DNA of 63,831 nt, the filler included. It is 6 parts of 6 records of this genome, joined end to end, with 100 filler letters (N's around TTAATTAATTAA, not from the genome) between each part and the next. Parts side by side here need not be neighbours in the genome. Positions count along the whole stretch, not along the records: positions 8,238 to 23,648 come from DRR723986_6191; positions 23,749 to 34,011 come from DRR723986_6197; 4 more parts are not named here. One strand, 5' to 3'. Position 1 is the first letter of the stretch. Each line of letters begins with the position of its first letter. This document shows positions 20,198 through 28,739 of the stretch, piece by piece. The position numbers and the translations under genes were made by a program. Under the pieces are notes generated by a model. That model saw nothing but the letters and a program-made list of their open reading frames with translations, did no database searches and had not been told where the DNA came from.

Positions 20198-20245
20198 TTG
20201 CGAATAATTCGCAATTGCGTTGACATAGTTGCGAATGACTCTCAT
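20198..20245 (+). promoter_or_regulatory. Two Mur/Fur-type boxes flanking a TTGACA -35 element
   Basis: Perfect palindrome TTGCGAAT-A-ATTCGCAA (20198-20214), TTGACA (20220-20225), second copy TTGCGAATGACTCTCAT (20229-20245), upstream of the metal ABC operon. Confidence 0.75.
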
Positions 20246-20281
20246 ATACATTCTCAAGAACAGACCAAACTGGGGTATTCC

Positions 20282-21235
20282 ATGATTCGTCGCAGCTTTC
20301 TTTTGGCCCTTGGGCTGGTGACCGCTCTCCCGCTGACGGCGTGGGCAGACGCACCGCTTAAAGTGGTTGCAACCACTGGTATGATTGCGGATGCGGCGCG
20401 CCAAATTGGCGGTGATCAGGTTGAGGTCAAAGGATTGATGGGGCCGGGCGTTGATCCGCACGCTTACCGTCAGACCCGAACCGACATCGTGGCAATGACC
20501 CGCGCGGATCTGGTGCTGTGGCACGGTCTCTACCTTGAGGCGCAGATGGGTGAATTTTTCCATGATCTGGAGCGCAAACGCACCGTCGTTGCCGTTGCCG
20601 AAGGCATCGATAAATCGAAACTGCGTGCCCATGACACCTACGACAACAAATTTGACCCGCACGTCTGGATGACCCCGGTGTTGTGGCGTGATGTGGTGAT
20701 CGAAGTTCAAAAAGCACTGACCGCCGCCCGCCCCGAAGCCGCCCCCATTTTTGAAGCCAACGCCAAGGCTCATCTGGCGGATGTGGATCGTCTGATTGCT
20801 TATGCCGACACAACGCTGGCGACCGTTCCTGACAACAACAAAGTGCTGGTCACAGCCCATGATGCCTTTGGCTACTTTGGGCAAAGCTTTGGCTTTGACG
20901 TTCTGGGTATTCAGGGTATTTCAACCCAGTCCGAGGCCGGATTGAACCGCATCGGCGAACTGGTTGATCTGCTGGTGGATCGCAAAATTACCGCTGTATT
21001 TGTCGAAAGCTCGGTGTCCGATCGCTCGATCCGCGCGCTGATCGAAGGGGCTGCGGCCAAAGGGCACGTGGTGCAGGTCGGGGGCGAGTTGTTCAGTGAC
21101 GCCATGGGCGAAGAGGACACATACGAGGGCACCTATTTGGGGATGCTGGATCACAATATCACCGTGATTGCCAATGCGTTGGGGGCAGATGCCCCTGCGC
21201 TTGGCATGGACGGCAAACTGTCGGCGGGATTCTGA
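20282..21235 (+). CDS. Mn/Fe/Zn ABC transporter substrate-binding protein (TroA/SitA-like)
   Basis: GVDPH, DPHVW, TAHDAFGYF, LFSDAMG metal-ligand motifs; signal peptide. Confidence 0.92.
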   Translation: MIRRSFLLALGLVTALPLTAWADAPLKVVATTGMIADAARQIGGDQVEVKGLMGPGVDPHAYRQTRTDIVAMTRADLVLWHGLYLEAQMGEFFHDLERKRTVVAVAEGIDKSKLRAHDTYDNKFDPHVWMTPVLWRDVVIEVQKALTAARPEAAPIFEANAKAHLADVDRLIAYADTTLATVPDNNKVLVTAHDAFGYFGQSFGFDVLGIQGISTQSEAGLNRIGELVDLLVDRKITAVFVESSVSDRSIRALIEGAAAKGHVVQVGGELFSDAMGEEDTYEGTYLGMLDHNITVIANALGADAPALGMDGKLSAGF

Positions 21236-21238
21236 ACA

Positions 21239-22039
21239 ATGCTGGATTTGGTAAGCAATCAAGGCACATCCCCCGCCGACACTCTGGGCGACAGCCCACT
21301 GGCAATCCGGGGCCTGACCGTCTCATACGGTCAAAAGCCTGCTGTGTTCTCTGTCGACATGACGGTGCAACCCGGTGCCATGACCGCAATCATCGGCCCT
21401 AATGGTGCTGGTAAATCCACAATGCTCAAGGCGGCATTGGGGATTGTGAAGCCCTTGTCCGGGCAGGTCACTGTCTTTGGTGAACCGCTTGAACAGCAAC
21501 GCGCCCGTATTGCTTATGTTCCACAGCGCGCCAGCGTCGATTGGGATTTCCCCACCCGCGTGATCGATGTGGTTCTGATGGGGCTCTATCGTGAATTGGG
21601 CCTGCTGGGCCGTGTCCGGTCGCGGCACAAAGCCAAAGCGATGGATTGTCTGCATCGTGTCGGCATGCGTGACTTTGCAGATCGCCAGATTGGTCAGCTT
21701 TCTGGTGGGCAACAGCAGCGTGTGTTCCTTGCGCGTTCGCTGGCCCAAGACGCTGATCTGTATTTGCTGGATGAACCTTTTGCAGGAGTGGATGCTGCGA
21801 CCGAAAAAGCCATTATTGGCGTTCTGAAATCGCTCAAAGACGCGGGTAAAACCGTTGTTGTGGTGCACCATGATCTGGCCACCGTGACCGACTATTTTGA
21901 CCATGTGTTCCTGATCAACACCCGCAAAGTCGCCGAAGGCTCGGTGGCCGAGGCCTTTACCGCCGACACGCTGCAAGCAGCCTATGGCGGCCGCCTTGCC
22001 ACAGCGCAGGTTGATCAACTCTCGCGGGTTGTGGGGTAA
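21239..22039 (+). CDS. Metal ABC transporter ATP-binding protein
   Basis: GPNGAGKST, YVPQR, LSGGQQQR, LLDEPF, VHHDL. Confidence 0.94.
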   Translation: MLDLVSNQGTSPADTLGDSPLAIRGLTVSYGQKPAVFSVDMTVQPGAMTAIIGPNGAGKSTMLKAALGIVKPLSGQVTVFGEPLEQQRARIAYVPQRASVDWDFPTRVIDVVLMGLYRELGLLGRVRSRHKAKAMDCLHRVGMRDFADRQIGQLSGGQQQRVFLARSLAQDADLYLLDEPFAGVDAATEKAIIGVLKSLKDAGKTVVVVHHDLATVTDYFDHVFLINTRKVAEGSVAEAFTADTLQAAYGGRLATAQVDQLSRVVG

Positions 22040-22044
22040 CTCAA

Positions 22045-23250
22045 ATGCTCAGTGATGCTCTGCTATTGCAGCTTGGCTACAATGCCACGCTGGTGGCTAT
22101 TGGTGCGACCTTGTTGGGGGTGTCTGCCGGGGTGACCGGTACGTTTCTCTTCCTTCGCAAGCGCGCCTTGGTCAGCGATGCGATCAGCCACGCCACCCTT
22201 CCCGGTGTCTGTCTGGCCTTCATGCTGATGGTGGCGTTTGGAGGCGATGGCCGCAATCTGGTCGGCTTGCTGCTTGGTTCAGCCGTATCCGCATGGATCG
22301 GTTTGCTGTGCCTCAACTGGCTCACCCGTAACACGCGCCTTGCCGAAGATGCCGCCATTGGCTCGGTGCTGTCCGTCTTCTTTGGTCTTGGCATCGTCTT
22401 GCTGACTGTCATTCAAACCATGGGTGTCGGACGGCAAGCCGGTCTCGAAGGGTTCCTGCTGGGATCAACTGCCGGGATGCTTTGGGCAGATGCGGTTGTG
22501 ATCGCGATTGGGGGGGCGTCGACGCTGGCGCTGATCCTGTTGATGCGCCGCCCGATGACACTGGTGGCCTTTGATCCGGAATATGCCGCCGCGCGCGGAT
22601 TGCCGGTGGACCGCATCGACCTTGCGATGATGGGGCTGGTGATGGCTGTCACCGTTGTTGGTTTGAAAATCGTCGGCCTGATCCTGATCGTGGCCCTGTT
22701 GATCATCCCGCCCGTCACGGCGCGGTTCTGGACCGAGCGATCGGATCGCGTGGTTCTGCTGGGTGGTATTGTGGGCGGTCTCTCGGGGTATCTGGGCGCG
22801 GCACTTTCCGCCTCTGCACCCAACCTGCCGACGGGTCCGATCATTGTGCTTGTCAGCTTTGGCTTCTTCGCCATTTCGCTCTTTCTCGCTCCGAACCGCG
22901 GTGTTTTGGCCGCGATCCTGCGTCATTTCCGCTTTCAACGTCGTGTGCACCTGCGTCAGGGGTTGTTGGCACTGGCCCAAGGGCAGCCGATTTATGAACG
23001 TCTCACCCTGCGTTTGCTGACCCGTGCCGGTCTGGCGCGCGCCGATGGGGTGGCCACAGACGCAGGCAAAGCCCGCGCCGCCAAAGCCCTGCGTGATGAA
23101 AAACGGTGGGAGGTCATCCGATCCGATCAAACCCACGAGGCCGCCGCGGCGCTTTATGATGGGTTGCGCGATATCGAAACCGTGTTGACCAAGGATCAAA
23201 TCATCGAAGTTGATCACCAGATTGGTGGCCCACAAGGAGTACCGGCATGA
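22045..23250 (+). CDS. Metal ABC transporter permease with C-terminal DtxR-like extension
   Basis: DAISHATLPG, EDAAIG, FDPEYA, PTGPII; ~105-aa soluble tail. Confidence 0.92.
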   Translation: MLSDALLLQLGYNATLVAIGATLLGVSAGVTGTFLFLRKRALVSDAISHATLPGVCLAFMLMVAFGGDGRNLVGLLLGSAVSAWIGLLCLNWLTRNTRLAEDAAIGSVLSVFFGLGIVLLTVIQTMGVGRQAGLEGFLLGSTAGMLWADAVVIAIGGASTLALILLMRRPMTLVAFDPEYAAARGLPVDRIDLAMMGLVMAVTVVGLKIVGLILIVALLIIPPVTARFWTERSDRVVLLGGIVGGLSGYLGAALSASAPNLPTGPIIVLVSFGFFAISLFLAPNRGVLAAILRHFRFQRRVHLRQGLLALAQGQPIYERLTLRLLTRAGLARADGVATDAGKARAAKALRDEKRWEVIRSDQTHEAAAALYDGLRDIETVLTKDQIIEVDHQIGGPQGVPA

Positions 23251-23648
23251 GTGGCGAAGAATTTGTCCCGCTGTCCCTGACGCCGCTGCTGATTGGCATC
23301 TTTGCGGCCGTGGCCTGCGCATTGCCGGGTAACTTTCTGGTGCTGCGCCGTCAGGCGCTGATCGGGGATGCCATCAGCCATGTGGTTTTGCCCGGCATTG
23401 TTGTGGCGTTTCTGCTGACTGGTGCGATTTCGGCTTGGCCAATGATGCTGGGCGCGGCTGGCGCTGCGGTCACCGCCGTTATCTTGATCGAAGCGATCCG
23501 TCGTCTGGGCAAGATCGAACCCGGCGCGGCCATGGGCGTGGTGTTTACCACCATGTTCGCCGGGGGTGTCCTACTGCTGGAACAGACCGACACTTCGACC
23601 GTGCATTTGGATGTGGAACACGCGCTTTATGGCAACCTCGAAAGCCTG
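23247..23648 (+). CDS. Metal ABC transporter permease 2 (3'-truncated)
   Basis: GDAISHVVLPG, VHLDVEHALYG; runs into the spacer. Confidence 0.9.
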
Positions 23649-23748
23649 NNNNNNNNNNNNNNNNNNNNNNNNNNNNNNNNNNNNNNNNNNNNTTAATTAA
23701 TTAANNNNNNNNNNNNNNNNNNNNNNNNNNNNNNNNNNNNNNNNNNNN
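23649..23748. other. Artificial contig-joining spacer
   Basis: N-run + TTAATTAATTAA + N-run. Confidence 0.99.
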
Positions 23749-23850
23749 AGACCAACCCAACCCGTCAACACCGGTTTTCGAAAAAAATCAAAAAAAGCGA
23801 AAAAACTTTCATCAAACGCGAAAAGACATAATATTTCAGACACTTAACAG
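23749..23850 (-). promoter_or_regulatory. Probable strong (rRNA-operon-type) promoter reading out of the contig
   Basis: On the minus strand, long T-tracts (UP-like) precede TTGACG at 23768-23763; the contig ends about 14 nt later. Confidence 0.5.
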
Positions 23851-25050
23851 TTATCCACCTTTGCGCACAGCAGGCGAAACCACTATCCCCGAGCCCAGTC
23901 CACCAGCTGCCGCAATGAGCGCCATGCCCACGTTCCGGGCACCTTCCGCAGGGGTCTCCTTGCGTGTCAGCACTTCAAACAGGTGCACAGCCAGAATTGC
24001 GCCTGATGCGCCGATCGGATGCCCCCTTGCAAGTGCGCCGCCCATCCGGTTCAGACCTTCAGACTCAAGGCCCAGGTGCGCTGCTGTCACCATTGCCTGA
24101 ACCGCATAGGCTTCCATGAGTTCTATTGCAGCGAGCTCCGTCGCATCCATACCCAGTTCTGCGAACATGGCCTTCCCCACCTCTATCGGAACCAGAGCCG
24201 GTTCGGCGGGGTTACCGCCGGCACTTCGGCTCGCAAGTATTTTCAGGCCTGTCATCCGGCTCTCGTTTGAATTGAGATGAAAGCGTTCTTGAAAGGCCCC
24301 CTCGGACATCAGCAATACGGCTGCAGCGCCGTCTGCTTCGCAGGCAATCGTTGCGGCACTAAGACCGGTTTCGTGATCGCCGTTCAGAAGCGGTGCCCTG
24401 AGGGCTGTCTTGAGTGACAGGTGTCTCGTGAACCCGTCCTCTTCCGGAAGTTTCCCTCCGGCATTGACCAGACGTCCGCGAAGATAGTCCCTTGCCGACC
24501 TCGCCTTGTCGTGTGAGGTGACAGCAAAGACCGCCTGGTCTTCTCGCGATGTTCCCGTTTCAGCGGCGAGCCTTGCAGCTGCATCTGCAAGATTCGGGTC
24601 GCCGAATGGCGCGGGCGCAAAAGCAGGACAGTCGTAGGCAACGGGTGGAGCTGCCGGATCGACAGGTCTGGTCATCCGGATCGGCGACCGGCTGAAGCTT
24701 TCCGCTCCTCCTGCCAGAACAATGTCCGCCGCACCTGCCTCGATCAAACTTGCGCCCATGACGATCGCATCAAGTCCCGAGCAGCACTGCGTATCGATGG
24801 TGAGAGCGGGAACCGTTTGAGGCAACCCGGCGCGAAGCGCGGCAAGGCGGGCCGGATTGCCGCCGCCATAAAGAGCGTTGCCCAGAAAGACGCAGTCGAC
24901 CTCTTCTGGCTCTATTCCGGCGTCAACGACAAGCTGCGCAAGAACGGGTGCGGCAAGCTCGTCGGCCTGCAACAAGGCAAGTGCGCCACCACGCGGGCAA
25001 ACCGCCGTCCGCCGTGCTGCTGCGATTACTGCCTTGCGTGTCTGCGTCAC
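23851..25050 (-). CDS. Thiolase-family protein (YhfS/VraB-like)
   Basis: LGNALYGGGNPARL, TQCCSGL, ADGAAA, GGALARGHPIGASG; GTG start overlaps the upstream stop (GTGA). Confidence 0.9.
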   Translation of the reverse strand: MTQTRKAVIAAARRTAVCPRGGALALLQADELAAPVLAQLVVDAGIEPEEVDCVFLGNALYGGGNPARLAALRAGLPQTVPALTIDTQCCSGLDAIVMGASLIEAGAADIVLAGGAESFSRSPIRMTRPVDPAAPPVAYDCPAFAPAPFGDPNLADAAARLAAETGTSREDQAVFAVTSHDKARSARDYLRGRLVNAGGKLPEEDGFTRHLSLKTALRAPLLNGDHETGLSAATIACEADGAAAVLLMSEGAFQERFHLNSNESRMTGLKILASRSAGGNPAEPALVPIEVGKAMFAELGMDATELAAIELMEAYAVQAMVTAAHLGLESEGLNRMGGALARGHPIGASGAILAVHLFEVLTRKETPAEGARNVGMALIAAAGGLGSGIVVSPAVRKGG

Positions 25051-26501
25051 CCGCTGCCTCCGGTTTTCGCCAAATCGGCCACGACCTTCCGAATATCCGG
25101 CTTGCCCCCCGGCGTCAGCGGCATCTTTGCCCTGATGTGAATATGCCTCGGCACCTTGCCGGGTGCGAGACGTTCGCGGCAATGGCGCAGCAAGATCTGC
25201 TCTGCCCCCGCCAAAGGCGCACCCAGCTCAACCACCGCCTCCAGCCGGTGACCGCGCACCTGATCCGGTAACCCTGCGACGACTGCAAGGGCGACGGCGG
25301 GATGTTCGGCCAATACGGCCTCAACCTCTTCCGGATAAACATTCAGCCCGGAGGTGATGACCATGCGGTTTTCCCGCCCTGTCAGAAACAGAAAGCCTCG
25401 CTCATCGAGAAAACCGTGATCGCCGACGGTGAGCCAACCGTCCCGCCAGAGCGTGTCCGGCGATGTGCCGCTTATATAGTGCGAAAACAACAGTCCGCTC
25501 CGCACCCAGACCGGCCCGGCCCGGCCAGGGGCAGCGGGGGCCGAAGGGTCACCGATCACGATATCGACCCCTCGCGCGGCACACCCGACCGAGCCTGCAG
25601 GAACATTGTCCTCAGGTGAGGACAGCGTGATGAAGCTGGTTTCCGAAGCCCCGTAGAATTCGAAAAGGCGTGCCTCGGGGAAAACCGACTTCAAGGCCTG
25701 CCGGTCGGCTTCACGCCATTTGGCCCCGCTCGCGAGAACCTGTTTCACTGCAGCGATGGGACCGCTGCGCCGGGCAGCCTCGGCCAGAAAGTGCAGCTGG
25801 GTCGGCGTTGCATAAAGGACAGAGCCTTCGGGGGCGCTGCCAAGCTCTCTCAGGACGACGCGCGGATCGAACCGCGGCGTGAGCACCACGTGTTGGCCGC
25901 AGGCGAGGCCGCAGACAGCGCCATAAAGGTGAAGTGAATGCGTGAGCTGCCCGGGCAGGACGACGCGGCTGCCTTTCGAAATACCGAAAGCCTGTGCCGA
26001 CAGTTTGAAGCTTTCGAGCCACGATCTGTGAGAGCGCACATAGCCCTTGGGAACACCGCTGGAACCGGAGGTGAAGCCTGCATAAAAGAGGTCGTCTTCG
26101 TCCGGCAGGAACTCAGGTGGAGTTTCCGGCGACCTTCGCGCTTCAGTGGAACCGGTACCAGCCGTCAGCAACACCGGCAGTGACTGGTCATCGATGACGA
26201 GGTCTGGCCCGACCGCTTCCAGAACTGCTGATGCCTGGGCTGAAGGCCAGTCCGGGTCCATGACCGTGGCGACACGCCCGGTACGGGCGCAGGCAAAGAA
26301 GCAGACGACCAGGTCCGCAGGGTCCCGAAGACGCAGGACCACGTAGCTAGCATGGTCGGTCCGCTCACAAAGCACTGCCTCGGTCCGGTTGATCCGGGCT
26401 GCAAGCTCCTGCCAGGAGAGAGAATTCGCACCGCATGTGAGTGCGGCCCCAGTGGCTTTCTCACTGGCAAACCGGTCGAGACTGTCGCCGACGAAGGCCA
26501 T
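25047..26501 (-). CDS. AMP-binding acyl-CoA ligase (YhfT/VraA-like)
   Basis: FTSGSSGVPKG, FYGASE, TVGDHG, GRENRM, GLNVYPEEVE, GGK. Confidence 0.92.
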   Translation of the reverse strand: MAFVGDSLDRFASEKATGAALTCGANSLSWQELAARINRTEAVLCERTDHASYVVLRLRDPADLVVCFFACARTGRVATVMDPDWPSAQASAVLEAVGPDLVIDDQSLPVLLTAGTGSTEARRSPETPPEFLPDEDDLFYAGFTSGSSGVPKGYVRSHRSWLESFKLSAQAFGISKGSRVVLPGQLTHSLHLYGAVCGLACGQHVVLTPRFDPRVVLRELGSAPEGSVLYATPTQLHFLAEAARRSGPIAAVKQVLASGAKWREADRQALKSVFPEARLFEFYGASETSFITLSSPEDNVPAGSVGCAARGVDIVIGDPSAPAAPGRAGPVWVRSGLLFSHYISGTSPDTLWRDGWLTVGDHGFLDERGFLFLTGRENRMVITSGLNVYPEEVEAVLAEHPAVALAVVAGLPDQVRGHRLEAVVELGAPLAGAEQILLRHCRERLAPGKVPRHIHIRAKMPLTPGGKPDIRKVVADLAKTGGSG

Positions 26502-26527
26502 GATGTGGCCTTGCTGGATCTTCGGAA

Positions 26528-27082
26528 TTAAGACCGGGACAACACGGCGCCCGGCAGGCCGCGTGCGACGGTCTGAACGATGAGCGCCGTAAGAGCGACC
26601 TTGACCAGGTCACCGGGAATATAGATTGCGCTGCCAAGCGCGGCTTTCGGAAGGGAAAGTCCGGCCATGATGGCAACGCCCGGGATGCCGAAAGCGTAGA
26701 CCACAAGAATGCCGCCGACCGCAGCCGCTATTGCCGAAGACACCAGAATGTTCAGCTCGCGCGTCGACTGCATGATCAAGCCGGCCACGAGAGCCCCGAC
26801 CGGCCAGCCGATCAGAAAACCGACAGACGGACCCATGAAGACGCCAAGACCACCGCGGCCGCCGGACAGGAACGGCAAGCCCAGCGCGACGAGAAACAGG
26901 AAAAGCAGCACGGCAAGCGCACCACGGATCGGGCCGAGCATGACACCGGCCAGCATGACACCGAGGGTCTGCGCCGTGATCGGTACACCGCCGAGAAAGG
27001 CGATCGCCACCGGCGGAACCAGCCCCAGGGCGGCAATCAGCGCGGCATAGAAAGCAACGTGCACAAGAGACCTGTCAGCCAT
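26528..27082 (-). CDS. bioY: Biotin ECF transporter S component
   Basis: VPITAQTL, GLPFLSGGRGG, GPSVGFLIGW, PGDLVK. Confidence 0.93.
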   Translation of the reverse strand: MADRSLVHVAFYAALIAALGLVPPVAIAFLGGVPITAQTLGVMLAGVMLGPIRGALAVLLFLFLVALGLPFLSGGRGGLGVFMGPSVGFLIGWPVGALVAGLIMQSTRELNILVSSAIAAAVGGILVVYAFGIPGVAIMAGLSLPKAALGSAIYIPGDLVKVALTALIVQTVARGLPGAVLSRS

Positions 27083-27227
27083 GATGAAATCGACCTTCTT
27101 CTCGTTAACAAGGGCGCTGCCGTTCAACCTCGCGCGGATCTTACCACATGAGGTTCAGGCAACGTCTTCTGTGGGCGGGATATCCCAGTTTTTAGCCGAA
27201 TGCCAGCCATATGGAGCTTCTTTTCGG

Positions 27228-27836
27228 TCATCTTGACAAGCCTTCCGAGCCTCCGCGCGCCTTCAGTGCCTCGGCAACGTGATCCGACATGCTCAGGGAC
27301 TGAATGGCGAAAGGCGCCAGCAGACGCCACGAGTTTCGCGTGCCTGTTCGCGCCTGCCAGGCTTCGCGCAGTTGACCGAAAACGACGAGCATGTAGGGCG
27401 CGAAGCGAAGCACCAGTGCAACGCCCAGCGCCGGTTTGCGGGGAGAGAAACCAAGGAACTCGAGCGGCTTGAACAGCGGCTGGACGGCATTCAGCATATC
27501 GTCCATGCGGGTGGTCACCGAAACGAAGTTTGCAGCCAGGATCATGATTGCAAGCCGCAGGATGATCGTAACCCCTTCCAGAAGACTTCCGGACACCCAG
27601 TGAAGCGCCAGCAGCACGGCAAGCAGAAACGACATTGCCCGCAGGAGCCTCAGCTGCGCCAGTCCCTCGCGTCCGAGGGAGGCATAACACAGGAGAACAC
27701 CGGCTAGAGACGGCAACAGAACCGAAAATGATGTGTATCGCAGCAGCAGCAGGCTGGCGACGGCAACAGCCAGAAGCTTCAGGCCCGCGGGCATCCGGTG
27801 GGCCCAGCTGTTGCCCTGGAGATAGACCGACATCAT
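27228..27836 (-). CDS. bioN: ECF transporter T component
   Basis: HRMPAGLKL, TT motif, LRFAP, AWQAR, EALKARG. Confidence 0.88.
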   Translation of the reverse strand: MMSVYLQGNSWAHRMPAGLKLLAVAVASLLLLRYTSFSVLLPSLAGVLLCYASLGREGLAQLRLLRAMSFLLAVLLALHWVSGSLLEGVTIILRLAIMILAANFVSVTTRMDDMLNAVQPLFKPLEFLGFSPRKPALGVALVLRFAPYMLVVFGQLREAWQARTGTRNSWRLLAPFAIQSLSMSDHVAEALKARGGSEGLSR

Positions 27837-28612
27837 AACTCGGCAACCTCCACATTCATGCCCTGCCGCGAGACGACGTCTTCCTGAAAGGCCGCCCGAA
27901 CCGCATCCGGCGCGCCATCCATGCGCAAACGTCCGTCCTCCAGCCAGAGCAGTCTGTCGAAACCGTCGAACTGGCTGAGATCGTGACTGACGAGAACGAT
28001 CTTCTGCGGCAGTGACAGGATTTTCTGGCGGATCCGCACTGTCGTCAGTGCATCGAGGCTGGCCATCGGCTCGTCCAGCACCAGTAGGCGCGGCTCCATG
28101 ACCAGAACCGCCAGGATGCAGACGAGCTGTTTCTGACCGCCGGAAAGTTCCGTGATCGGTTTGCCGGCCAGCCCCTCACAGCCATGCAGGGCGAGGAACG
28201 CCCGCGCGCGGCTGCGGCTTTCTTCCTTGCCGGCCCCGAGTTGGGTGAGGCCAAAGGCGATCTCTTCTTCCACCGTGGGAAAAATGGCCTGATGATCCGG
28301 GTTCTGGAACACGAAGCCGACATGACGCGGCAACTCCAGTTCCGCCTCGGCGGAGGGGGCTCCAAAAAGCGTGAGGTCGCCGCTCGTCGGTGTACGCAAC
28401 CCGTTCAACAGGCGTACAAGAGAGCTCTTGCCGGACCCGTTCAGGCCGATGATGCCGATCCGGTCTTCGGCAAGCTGCAAGGTGAGATCCTGCAGGATAT
28501 GCTCTTTGCCGACACTCAGGCCAACCCGATCGAAGACCGCGTAGGGACTGGCGTCGGGATTACAGACACTGGGCCTGTCCTTGAGTTTCCTGCTTTTGGG
28601 CCAGAATGCCAT
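27833..28612 (-). CDS. bioM: ECF transporter ATPase
   Basis: GLNGSGKS, FQNPDHQ, LSGGQKQ, LDEP, SHDL; adjacent to bioN and bioY. Confidence 0.88.
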   Translation of the reverse strand: MAFWPKSRKLKDRPSVCNPDASPYAVFDRVGLSVGKEHILQDLTLQLAEDRIGIIGLNGSGKSSLVRLLNGLRTPTSGDLTLFGAPSAEAELELPRHVGFVFQNPDHQAIFPTVEEEIAFGLTQLGAGKEESRSRARAFLALHGCEGLAGKPITELSGGQKQLVCILAVLVMEPRLLVLDEPMASLDALTTVRIRQKILSLPQKIVLVSHDLSQFDGFDRLLWLEDGRLRMDGAPDAVRAAFQEDVVSRQGMNVEVAEL

Positions 28613-28739
28613 GTCACCTCGTCGCGGACGGCACTCCTTGCAAGGGCCGGTCCTGTTTTGCGCGCAGCTTATCGGTCGGATCTGCCGGCTTGTCAAAGAC
28701 TGACAGGTGCTTGGCAAAATCACACATTACCGCAAGGCC

